The translations under genes were made by a program, and so were the position numbers. The notes under the pieces were generated by a model, which saw only the letters and a list, made by a program, of their open reading frames with translations, made no database searches and was not told where the DNA came from. A stretch of 62,941 bases of DNA, counting the filler, from Anaerolineae bacterium (GTDB taxonomy: Bacteria; Chloroflexota; Anaerolineae; Epilineales; Epilineaceae): NCBI GenBank assembly GCA_029262755.1. It is 5 parts of 5 records of this genome, joined end to end, with 100 filler letters (N's around TTAATTAATTAA, not from the genome) between each part and the next. Parts side by side here need not be neighbours in the genome. Positions count along the whole stretch, not along the records: positions 37,992 to 51,799 come from JAJCYU010000065.1; positions 51,900 to 62,941 come from JAJCYU010000066.1; 3 more parts are not named here. One strand, written 5' to 3'. Of this stretch, positions 50,160 to 57,805 are shown piece after piece. Position 1 is the first letter of the stretch. Each line of letters starts with the position of its first letter.

Positions 50160-51799
50160 GGGACGGCACGCTCCTCCACCGCCGGCTCTACGTTTCCGCT
50201 GGAGCGACCATTGGGCGGCCGGTCCGGACCGATCGAGGGTTCCTGCATTGGCTCCGTCGGCGGCGACGCGCCCAGCCCGAACAACCCCCGTAGCAGGCGC
50301 GCGAAGAAGCCCCTCTCCGGCGGCGGGGGCGCGGTTTCCTCGAGGCCTTCATCGAAGTCCGGCACGTCATCGATGACGAACACGAAGGTTTCCGTGAACG
50401 TCTGCGTCTGGTTGAAGTCGTCCAGGTACTCTACGACGACCTGAACCTCGGCGTCCTCGCTTGGCGCTCGTGGGTTGAGCGTGGCTTCGATCAGGTCGGC
50501 GCCGCCCTGGTCCAAGGCTCCGACGAATCGCGGCACCGACTCGACGTCCATGTAGCGACCACCCACGACGCTTACGTTGCCGATGCTCACCGTCGCCGCG
50601 CCTGCGTTGATCAACTCCACGGCGAAAGGTAAAGAGGCGCCGACCATCGTCTGCGTGACCACCGCATAGGGGTTGATCGCAAGCGAAACCCGCCGGCTCA
50701 CCAGCATGGTCACGATCTCGTTGGACGAGAGCGGCTCGCCGTCGACGTCGTTGTAGCTCAGGCCGATATCGAGCACGTAGACGCCCGGCTTTGCAGCGCC
50801 GTCCACCACCATGCGCTGCGAGACCGTGGTGCTTGCACCCGGTGCCAGATCGTCGATGAACCGCCGGTTGCTCCGGTCGAGCGGGGCGAATACGCCGAGC
50901 GCGGAGCCCGCCGCGCCCGCCCCCGCGCCGGTACCGCCTCCCAGCACCAGCATCATGCTGCGCGCCGCCGCAACGCCCACGTTTGTAATCTCCAACTCCA
51001 AATCGAAGACCTCGCCCGGATGCACCGTTCCACCGGCATCGTAGCGGGCGATCATCGGCAAGGGACCGAAGGCCGCATCGTCCGTGATGCTGAGCCCAAT
51101 GTTGACTCCATCGGTGTAGCGCTCACCCTCCGCGTCGTCGTAGCGCAACTCGAAGCCCTGCTGGGTGGCGCCGGGCGCACCCGGCGCGGCGGCGATCAGG
51201 CGCAGCGTCAGGCTGCCTTCGGCGCCGGGGGGCAAGGTCAACGGAGCCCCTTGTCCGGTGCCTTGGAGCGCGAGCGGTCCCGCGGTGGGTACCAGCAAGA
51301 CCGTGCGAGCATCCTTGCCTCCTACGTTGCGCAGGTTGAACACGGCGGTGAACGGGACGCCGGGCGCTACCCGCCCGGGCACGCGCGAACCAATCACCAC
51401 CACCTGCGGCCGCGTCGCGGTGTTGCCGACGACCTCGACGCCGATCGTGGTCTGCAAGCTGTACTCCTCGCCCTCCGCATCGAGCCACGTCAACGTGATC
51501 GCGATCGGATGGCTGCCCGCCACCGTCGTGGACGCCACCCGCAGACCGCTTTCGAAGTCGCGCTCTTCGCCCGGCTCGATGCGATCGCGATAGATCTCGC
51601 TGCTCCCACGGTCCGGTAGGAAGGCATCCGCCGTCCATTGCATCCGAATATCGAGCGCATCGCTGTCGCCCACATTCTCCACATCGACGTCGAGCTCAAA
51701 GGCTTGACCCGGGGCCGGCCGATCGGGTCGTACGTGCACGCGGTCCAGAACGAGGATCGGCCGGTCCGCATCGAGCTTCGGCGGCGCGGTCGGCGTCGG
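50156..51799 (-). CDS. COG1361-like Ig-fold/S-layer-domain protein (5' truncated)
   Basis: Repeated PG..F.L...[VI].NVG...A units; frame open to the contig edge; GTGA overlap with the permease gene. Confidence 0.75.
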   Translation of the reverse strand, partial: PTPTAPPKLDADRPILVLDRVHVRPDRPAPGQAFELDVDVENVGDSDALDIRMQWTADAFLPDRGSSEIYRDRIEPGEERDFESGLRVASTTVAGSHPIAITLTWLDAEGEEYSLQTTIGVEVVGNTATRPQVVVIGSRVPGRVAPGVPFTAVFNLRNVGGKDARTVLLVPTAGPLALQGTGQGAPLTLPPGAEGSLTLRLIAAAPGAPGATQQGFELRYDDAEGERYTDGVNIGLSITDDAAFGPLPMIARYDAGGTVHPGEVFDLELEITNVGVAAARSMMLVLGGGTGAGAGAAGSALGVFAPLDRSNRRFIDDLAPGASTTVSQRMVVDGAAKPGVYVLDIGLSYNDVDGEPLSSNEIVTMLVSRRVSLAINPYAVVTQTMVGASLPFAVELINAGAATVSIGNVSVVGGRYMDVESVPRFVGALDQGGADLIEATLNPRAPSEDAEVQVVVEYLDDFNQTQTFTETFVFVIDDVPDFDEGLEETAPPPPERGFFARLLRGLFGLGASPPTEPMQEPSIGPDRPPNGRSSGNVEPAVEERAVP

Positions 51800-51899
51800 N
51801 NNNNNNNNNNNNNNNNNNNNNNNNNNNNNNNNNNNNNNNNNNNTTAATTAATTAANNNNNNNNNNNNNNNNNNNNNNNNNNNNNNNNNNNNNNNNNNNN
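51800..51899. other. artificial contig linker
   Basis: N run containing TTAATTAATTAA. Confidence 0.98.
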
Positions 51900-51900
51900 C

Positions 51901-52116
51901 CGCCCGCTCATCCACGAGGCCAAGCAGATGGAGACCGAGCTACGAAGTCCCGCCGCCGGCCTCGTCCGTACGGTCACCGCCACGCCCGGCGCCACGGTCA
52001 ACCAGGGCGACCCGCTCGTGGTGATCGATCCACCGACTGCGGTGGAGGCGGACGGGGACGGCGAAGGCGGGACGGATGCGGACGTGCGAGGCGATGCCGA
52101 CGGGGCCGCCGGATGA
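51901..52116 (+). CDS. biotin/lipoyl attachment domain protein, C-terminal fragment
   Basis: EAxxMETELRSPAAGLV...GATVNQGDPLVVI matches a biotinyl-domain C-terminal half. Confidence 0.75.
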   Translation, partial: RPLIHEAKQMETELRSPAAGLVRTVTATPGATVNQGDPLVVIDPPTAVEADGDGEGGTDADVRGDADGAAG

Positions 52117-52514
52117 GCGCCGGAATATGCTGGGAGATCGTCTTCGATGGCGGCAGCAAGGGCAATCCGGGCCGCGGCTACGGCTCATACCGCCTGCGCG
52201 AAACGGGCGGCGAATGGGAGCCGCCGGTGGAGCTGAACTTCGAGGGCCGACGAACCAACAACGAGGCCGAATACCTCTCGCTCACGGGCGCCTTGCGCGG
52301 CCTCGCGCAGCGCGTCGCCGACCCGAGCGCCGTGGCGATCACGGTCCGCGGCGACAGCAAGCTGGTACTGGAGCAACTGGCCGGCCGCTGGAAGGTCCGC
52401 ACCGCGAGCCTGCGCCCGTACTGGGCGGAGGCCAAGCAAGAGCTCGAGCGCTTCGGCCCGGTAACCTTCGCCTGGCACGGGCGTCAGAACTCGGTGGATC
52501 TGCTGGGGCACTAA
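52113..52514 (+). CDS. ribonuclease HI family protein
   Basis: FDGGSKGNPG, TNNEAEY, RGDSKLV..Q..G.WKV; ATGA overlap. Confidence 0.9.
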   Translation: MSAGICWEIVFDGGSKGNPGRGYGSYRLRETGGEWEPPVELNFEGRRTNNEAEYLSLTGALRGLAQRVADPSAVAITVRGDSKLVLEQLAGRWKVRTASLRPYWAEAKQELERFGPVTFAWHGRQNSVDLLGH

Positions 52515-52594
52515 CGGGGTTGGGGAGATGGTGTTCTTGGAGAGTGGGTCGGCCGCAAAGATTCTGGGTTAGACCGACCTGGCACGAGCCATTC

Positions 52595-52672
52595 GTGCAA
52601 CGCCCGATTACCGCATAAATACGCCGCGATGAAGCGATGTGCAACGGTCGTGCAACGGTAGCACGCTACGCT
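52595..52672 (+). promoter_or_regulatory. putative SARP-activated promoter 1
   Basis: GTGCAACGGT at 52639 and 52650 (11-bp period), GTGCAACG at 52595 (44 bp upstream, in phase); 9-mer followed by 8 nt and TACGCT (52667-52672). Confidence 0.7.
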
Positions 52673-52700
52673 TCGGTCACGAGTTGGCGTTGACGCCGAT

Positions 52701-52858
52701 CCGGGGCCATCCCCAAAGCGGCCTGAGATGCGACAATACGGGGACGGGGTAGGAATTCAATCCGGCGGGCATGACGATGCCCCACGGTTGGGCCGCAATA
52801 CGACGGAAGACCCGCGGGAGCGACGGCCCCGCGACGACAAACGAAGGGGTAGCGAGAA
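52701..52858 (+). ncRNA. conserved structured 5' leader, copy 1 (candidate cis-regulatory RNA)
   Basis: Aligns with 57021-57180; hairpins GGGCAT-GACG-ATGCCC and CGCGGG(A)GC-GACG-GCCCCGCG. Confidence 0.6.
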
Positions 52859-53296
52859 ATGATCAAGCGCATGATGGTTGCGGTTGCGATGGCAGCACTG
52901 GTGTTCGGGGTAGGTGCGGGGTTGGGGTACGGGAGTGCACATGCGGCGGAGAGTTCGGTCGGCACTTATGGAGAATCGATGCAAGAGCGGAATGTGTTGC
53001 AAAATGACCCATGCGTCGATCCTACCGGCCGGCCGATTGCCCCAACCGGGGAAGCGCCTCCCTGCCAGGGGTCGTGGCAACTGTACGTCGCGAAGAGGTT
53101 GAATGGCGAACAGAACTGGCAGTTGGCAGTAGCGAGCGATTTCTGCCCGGAGCCGCCACCGGGCTGGAGCTCGTGTACATGGCAGCCGACTAACGACACG
53201 TTCTGGGTTTTCGATCCGTTTAAGGATTACTGCTGGCACGTTGAGTGGGTATGCTGCAACGGCACTGGCATCCCCGTCTGCGGCTCCGTGAACTGA
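52859..53296 (+). CDS. secreted 8-Cys mini-protein A
   Basis: Signal peptide ending AHA-A; AAGGGG RBS; paralogous to 57181-57648 (GRPI.PTG, AVASDFCP.PP.GW..C, DP.K.YCW..EW.CC). Confidence 0.88.
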   Translation: MIKRMMVAVAMAALVFGVGAGLGYGSAHAAESSVGTYGESMQERNVLQNDPCVDPTGRPIAPTGEAPPCQGSWQLYVAKRLNGEQNWQLAVASDFCPEPPPGWSSCTWQPTNDTFWVFDPFKDYCWHVEWVCCNGTGIPVCGSVN

Positions 53297-53369
53297 TTTC
53301 CGACAGGCTAAGAGGCTCGCTCAGGCATCAGCCGGATTGGTAGGTTAGATTCGTAGGGCTGGATGAAGC

Positions 53370-53408
53370 AGCAGACGCGGTGGCTTTGGCCACCGCGTCT
53401 GCTATTTT
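53370..53408 (+). terminator. perfect 15-bp hairpin between mini-protein A and regulator 1
   Basis: AGCAGACGCGGTGGC-TTTG-GCCACCGCGTCTGCT followed by ATTTT. Confidence 0.75.
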
Positions 53409-53457
53409 CAAGACATTGGAAACTCCTTCAGATCCCCCGAGTTCACCAAACTACTGA

Positions 53458-56400
53458 GTGGAGCGCCTTCTGTTGCAACTCCATGTCTTCGGTCCACTTG
53501 CTGCCGTGTGCAACGGAGCTGAGGTCTCCCTGCCGCTACGCAACCACAGCCGACACCTCTTAGCTCGTCTGGCCATTGACGTAGGAGTTTGGCTGGATCG
53601 CGACATGTTGGCATTGGAGATGTGGCCTAGTCTCGAGCGTTCACTCGGCCGACAGAAGTTGAGGCGTCATCTATTCGATGTCCGGGCCTGGCTAAACAAA
53701 CACTGTGGCGACGGGGTACTGATGGCTCAGCGGGAAAAGGTGAGGCTTGTCACCAATCCGGCACTCCAAATCGATCTCTTTGAGTCTCCGTTGTATGCTG
53801 ACGGAGCCTTGGGAGGGTCTCAGGTCCATGAGTGGCTCCTTGGGACAAACATCACACTATTGGAAGGCATCGACGAATTGTGGGTGCAGCCTCATCGTAC
53901 ACGTATACGTCGGAAGATCGACGAGATTCTTCCGAAGGGAATCGACGACTTGGTTGCCGACGATCGACTTTCTGAAGCCTATTATCTTGCGCAACACTGG
54001 TGCGAATTCGAACCTACAAGCGAGCGCAGATACCGAGTGCTCATGTGGCTCTCGAGTCGACTAGGAGACACTGGTGCCCTCAGGAGATGGTTCGCGAAGT
54101 GCCAGGATGAGCTTGCACGTGAACATGGGATTGCCGTTTCTGCCCGGACCGAGGCGTTTTTCAAGTCCATCGTGCAGGGAGTCGTTCCAGCTTGGGAAAA
54201 CCTTCATTCGGCCGGATTCGAGGCGGAACCACATGGACTAAATCGCGGCTTGCCCTCCTGGAAAGGTGAGCTGTTCGGCCGGCGCGAGACCTTGAACGCC
54301 ATTCAGCAACTCCTATCCCGATCAAACCGAGTCACCATTGTTGGCACGGGCGGGGTAGGCAAGACTGCGTTGGCAACGTGTCTCGCCCAGAACGTAGTTG
54401 ATCGATACAGGGATGGTGTGAACTGGGTCGACCTTGCTGGGATCGATGACCCGAAACTACTAGCCCAGTTTATCGTCGAATCAATCGGGATCGATGCTGT
54501 GCCAGGGAGGGAACCCGTGGTACAACTGCGTTCCTACCTAGCTCAACATCGCGTACTATTTGTGCTCGACAACTGCGAACATCTCCTAGATGCCATCAAG
54601 ACCCTAGTTGAACGGATTTGGGACGGCGATGTATCAGCCGACTTGCTTGCTACAAGCAGAATTCCAATCGGATTTGAATACGAACATGTATGGAATCTGG
54701 AGCCACTGTCTTGCGAAAGCACCACGCCAGGAATCCTTGGGCCTGCGCTCCAGTTGCTTATCGAACGTGTGCGGCAATCACGCAACCCCGACGAGTTTCA
54801 CGACTCAGAGTTGCCGGCAGCATTGCGAGTATCGGAGCTACTCGATGGAATTCCATTGGCGATGGAACTCGCCGCTGCCCGGTGCGAGTTCCTTGACCTA
54901 CATCAGGTTGCTGACATGCTGGCGCAGTATTTCAATGTCCTAGTTGACTCTCGTCGTGACCGAGCGACGCGCCAAAGTACGATGTGGTCCGCCATCGATT
55001 GGAGCTGGCAACTTCTCGAACAACAACATCGGGACTTGCTTACCACAACTGCCGTGTTCCGAGGCGGTTTCGACACGAGGGCGGCCGTGGAGTTAGAGCG
55101 AGCCCGTCAAGAGGGTCGATTGCCCGAGTGGTCGGACTCGCCACCAAGGTCCCGTTCCGAACGTGAGCAGTATCGTGAAGTGGCTGACCAATTGGAATGG
55201 CTGGTACGCAATTCGTTGATCGCCAAGGTAACAGATGCCCGCCAGAGAGTCCGATTTCGGCTTTTGGAGCCCATTCGTCATTTTGCAGAAGCCAAAATGG
55301 TCGCAGAGAAACGCGATCGAGCCGCTTCGATGGGGCATATCGAGTACTTCGCACAGCTAGCAATAGCAGCGCGGGGAGGATTGTCAGGTGAAGAACGACC
55401 GCGCTGGAACGAACTGCTAAAGTTGGAGCACGATAATCTCCGGCACGCCATGGCCGGAATGCGAATCCAAGAAGACGCGCAGCAGCGATTGCAAGTAGGG
55501 ACGAGTTTGTTTCGATATTGGTATGCAAGTGGACACTTTGGGTGGGAACTTGATTGGTTGCGCGCTAGTGTCGCGCAGCGAGAGCCATTTGGCCCGGACG
55601 AAACCGTTGCCGAGGCGCTCCACCTGATAGGGATCTGTCACTATGCCAAAGGAGAGTGCGTTGTCGCGCTAGAGTTCTTCTCGCGGAGCAGCGAACAGTA
55701 CTCTGCACTCCAGGATGATGCATCGATTGTTCGTTCGATGGTCATGTGCGCGTATTGCCACACTCTATTGGGTGAGATCGGGAAAGCGCGCAGCGATGCG
55801 AATCGCGCACTAACGCTTGCAAACGAAGATCCTGCGCTAAGCATACAAGCGCTTGATGCACTTGGGTACATAGACCGAATATCAGGACATTACACGCAGT
55901 CTCGGGAGAGTATGATGCGCGTACTCGACCTCCATCGGGATTCCGATAGCACTCCCGACGAGCAGTATTCAACGATCTCGAACCTCGGGTGGATAGCGTG
56001 GAGTACCGGTGCGCTCGACGAGGCAACGGATTGGCTGCACGAAGCGCGGATGATCGCGGAGACCATCGACAGTAAGCCTATGCGGCTTGAGGCAACGGTC
56101 GCGCAGATCGAAGTCCTAGTCTGCTACGGCCGATTGGAAGAGGCAGCCTTGGCTGCCCGTGAAGGTGTGGAGCTCGCGAAGGATCTCGGTGATGGTTTCG
56201 GCGAGGCGAACGCTCTTACAATGCTCGGGATCATCGAACTCGCGAAAGAACGGTGGCCAACTGCGCGACTCTACCTGCGCCGCGCGGATTCTGGATTCCG
56301 GGCTGTGGAAGCCATTAGCGAACTGGCCACCGTTCTCTGCTATGCGATGGAGCTCACGGATCGCATGGGCGATGAGACCGTTGGGCTCAATGCCAGGACC

Positions 56401-56859
56401 GACGATGATCAGTTGCCTGCGATCGAGCACGACCCCCACGCCCAAGCCATGCTGCACCGCAGCTTCGCATGGCGCGCCTGGACCGCCGGCGATCACGAGA
56501 CCGGCCTCCGGACGATGGTCGAAGCCCTCCGCATGCACGTTGACTTGGGCGAGCGCTTTGAGGCGCTTCGCTGCTTCGAAGCCGTCGGTTCGCTGCTCGC
56601 TCGACTTGGAAGAGGCCGTCTCGCCGAAGGCGCCCTCGCCGCGGCCGCCGCACTTCGCGACGAGATCGGCGCGCGCCCGTGGCCCGTGGACGTGACCGCA
56701 GTCGCCGCTGCGCGCGAGGCGATTCGGGAGGCGGCCATGGAGACGCACGACTTAGACGCCGACGATGAGTTGGAGGCGCTGCCAGTTGGAGCGGAGGACG
56801 TGGTCGCGTGGTTGGAACGGGAGCTCGAGTACGACGGAGCTTCGCCTGCTGAGAACTGA
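53458..56859 (+). CDS. AfsR/SARP-like STAND regulator 1 (wHTH-BTAD-NB-ARC-TPR)
   Basis: LHVFGPL...LDRDMLALEMWP wHTH, BTAD region, GTGGVGKT, VLDNCEH, LDGIPLAMELAA, C-terminal TPR-like helices. Confidence 0.9.
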   Translation: MERLLLQLHVFGPLAAVCNGAEVSLPLRNHSRHLLARLAIDVGVWLDRDMLALEMWPSLERSLGRQKLRRHLFDVRAWLNKHCGDGVLMAQREKVRLVTNPALQIDLFESPLYADGALGGSQVHEWLLGTNITLLEGIDELWVQPHRTRIRRKIDEILPKGIDDLVADDRLSEAYYLAQHWCEFEPTSERRYRVLMWLSSRLGDTGALRRWFAKCQDELAREHGIAVSARTEAFFKSIVQGVVPAWENLHSAGFEAEPHGLNRGLPSWKGELFGRRETLNAIQQLLSRSNRVTIVGTGGVGKTALATCLAQNVVDRYRDGVNWVDLAGIDDPKLLAQFIVESIGIDAVPGREPVVQLRSYLAQHRVLFVLDNCEHLLDAIKTLVERIWDGDVSADLLATSRIPIGFEYEHVWNLEPLSCESTTPGILGPALQLLIERVRQSRNPDEFHDSELPAALRVSELLDGIPLAMELAAARCEFLDLHQVADMLAQYFNVLVDSRRDRATRQSTMWSAIDWSWQLLEQQHRDLLTTTAVFRGGFDTRAAVELERARQEGRLPEWSDSPPRSRSEREQYREVADQLEWLVRNSLIAKVTDARQRVRFRLLEPIRHFAEAKMVAEKRDRAASMGHIEYFAQLAIAARGGLSGEERPRWNELLKLEHDNLRHAMAGMRIQEDAQQRLQVGTSLFRYWYASGHFGWELDWLRASVAQREPFGPDETVAEALHLIGICHYAKGECVVALEFFSRSSEQYSALQDDASIVRSMVMCAYCHTLLGEIGKARSDANRALTLANEDPALSIQALDALGYIDRISGHYTQSRESMMRVLDLHRDSDSTPDEQYSTISNLGWIAWSTGALDEATDWLHEARMIAETIDSKPMRLEATVAQIEVLVCYGRLEEAALAAREGVELAKDLGDGFGEANALTMLGIIELAKERWPTARLYLRRADSGFRAVEAISELATVLCYAMELTDRMGDETVGLNARTDDDQLPAIEHDPHAQAMLHRSFAWRAWTAGDHETGLRTMVEALRMHVDLGERFEALRCFEAVGSLLARLGRGRLAEGALAAAAALRDEIGARPWPVDVTAVAAAREAIREAAMETHDLDADDELEALPVGAEDVVAWLERELEYDGASPAEN

Positions 56860-56958
56860 CACGGAGTGTCCCGCACATGCGATTTCCAGCATTTCTGGAC
56901 CTGCGACCCCACACGCGACACCTAAAGATACGCCATAGAGACCCTGCGCGGGACAAAT

Positions 56959-56981
56959 TTGCAACGCAAGCCGGGTAGGCT
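56959..56981 (+). promoter_or_regulatory. putative SARP-activated promoter 2
   Basis: TTGCAACGC (56959-56967), 8 nt, TAGGCT (56976-56981); same geometry as promoter 1. Confidence 0.6.
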
Positions 56982-57020
56982 TCCTCCAGAAGTGCGCGGC
57001 GGAGAGAGTCGCGATATGGA

Positions 57021-57180
57021 CCGGGGCCATCCCCTGAGCGGCCGAACGGACGACAGAGCAGGGGACTGGGGTAGGGAAATGGACCGGTGGGCGTGACGGC
57101 GCCTCACGGTTGGGCCGCAAGAAATTCGACAGGCAGCGGGCGCGACGGCTCCGCGGCAACGTCAAGGGGTGGTGGTGGAA
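57021..57180 (+). ncRNA. conserved structured 5' leader, copy 2
   Basis: Shares CCGGGGCCATCCCC, GCGGCC, GGGGTAGG, CACGGTTGGGCCGCAA, GCGACGGC and AAGGGGT with copy 1; hairpins GGGCGT-GACG-GCGCCT and GCGGG(C)GC-GACG-GCTCCGC. Confidence 0.6.
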
Positions 57181-57648
57181 ATGAATACGATGAAGATGAT
57201 CGCGACCGGGTTCGCGGTATTGATGTTCGGGGTTGCGCTGGGACTGGGCCAAAGCAGTGTGGCTGCCGCGGAGATTTCGTCGGCCTCGCTGGCGATCCCC
57301 GCTGTCGGCTTCGAAGTTCAGGGCGCCTGCAACAACCCAGAGGGGCGGCCGATCGTTCCGACGGGAGATCCCGAGGACTGCACACCACCACCGGGAGAAG
57401 GATTGTACCGGCTGCACGTGTGGAAGAGCTTGGACAACGGTGCTAGCTGGATGCCGGCGGTCGCGAGCGACTTTTGTCCTTCACCGCCCTCTGGATGGGC
57501 GAACTGCGTAAACTTCGGACCCGGAGGCAGCGGGGTGAACGCACCGATCACGGTGTACGATCCGCTCAAAGAATACTGTTGGTACGCCGAATGGACGTGC
57601 TGCGGTGCGCAGATAGGTAGCCCGTATTGTATGGGGGAGACGACCTAG
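57181..57648 (+). CDS. secreted 8-Cys mini-protein B
   Basis: Signal peptide ending VAA-A; all 8 Cys align with protein A; ATG 57181 aligns with the copy-1 start (GAAATG). Confidence 0.88.
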   Translation: MNTMKMIATGFAVLMFGVALGLGQSSVAAAEISSASLAIPAVGFEVQGACNNPEGRPIVPTGDPEDCTPPPGEGLYRLHVWKSLDNGASWMPAVASDFCPSPPSGWANCVNFGPGGSGVNAPITVYDPLKEYCWYAEWTCCGAQIGSPYCMGETT

Positions 57649-57718
57649 AGCGGTCACGTACTCCACGTTGGAATTGTGGATAGCTAGGAACTACCTGGAC
57701 GCGATTCGGGTGAGCTAG

Positions 57719-57754
57719 AGTAAGGTGCGGTGGCCGTGGCCACCGCACCTTACT
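57719..57754 (+). terminator. perfect 16-bp hairpin between mini-protein B and regulator 2
   Basis: AGTAAGGTGCGGTGGC-CGTG-GCCACCGCACCTTACT; same GCGGTGGC/GCCACCGC core as 53370. Confidence 0.7.
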
Positions 57755-57805
57755 GTTCGTTGTGTCGGGCGCTTCGTGACGGGCGGCCGAAACGAGCCGA
57801 TTGGA

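Noticed and set aside
45215..50444. Long antisense ORFs (45215-47302 minus, 48264-50444 plus, and similar)
   Set aside because: Shadow ORFs opposite well-supported genes, expected in high-GC DNA; no recognisable motifs
10781..51899. Four identical TTAATTAATTAA motifs within N runs as a biological repeat
   Set aside because: They are 100-nt artificial contig-joining spacers with six-frame stops; ORFs ending in X...LIN are artefacts
51901..51930. Biotinyl domain with EAKQM instead of EAMKM (apparent loss of the biotinylated Lys)
   Set aside because: Within 30 nt of a contig edge; single-base changes (CAC/CTC, AAG/ATG, CAG/AAG) restore LEAMKM, so low-quality base calls are more likely
52113..52514. 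RNase H as a sign of a retroelement next to the cassette
   Set aside because: Stand-alone RNase HI translationally coupled to a housekeeping-type gene; no reverse transcriptase or integrase in the contig
52859..57648. Mini-proteins as hydrophobins or RiPP precursors
   Set aside because: Cys spacing has one CC pair rather than the hydrophobin C-CC-C-C-CC-C pattern; they carry Sec-type signals and no modifying enzyme or peptidase-transporter is nearby
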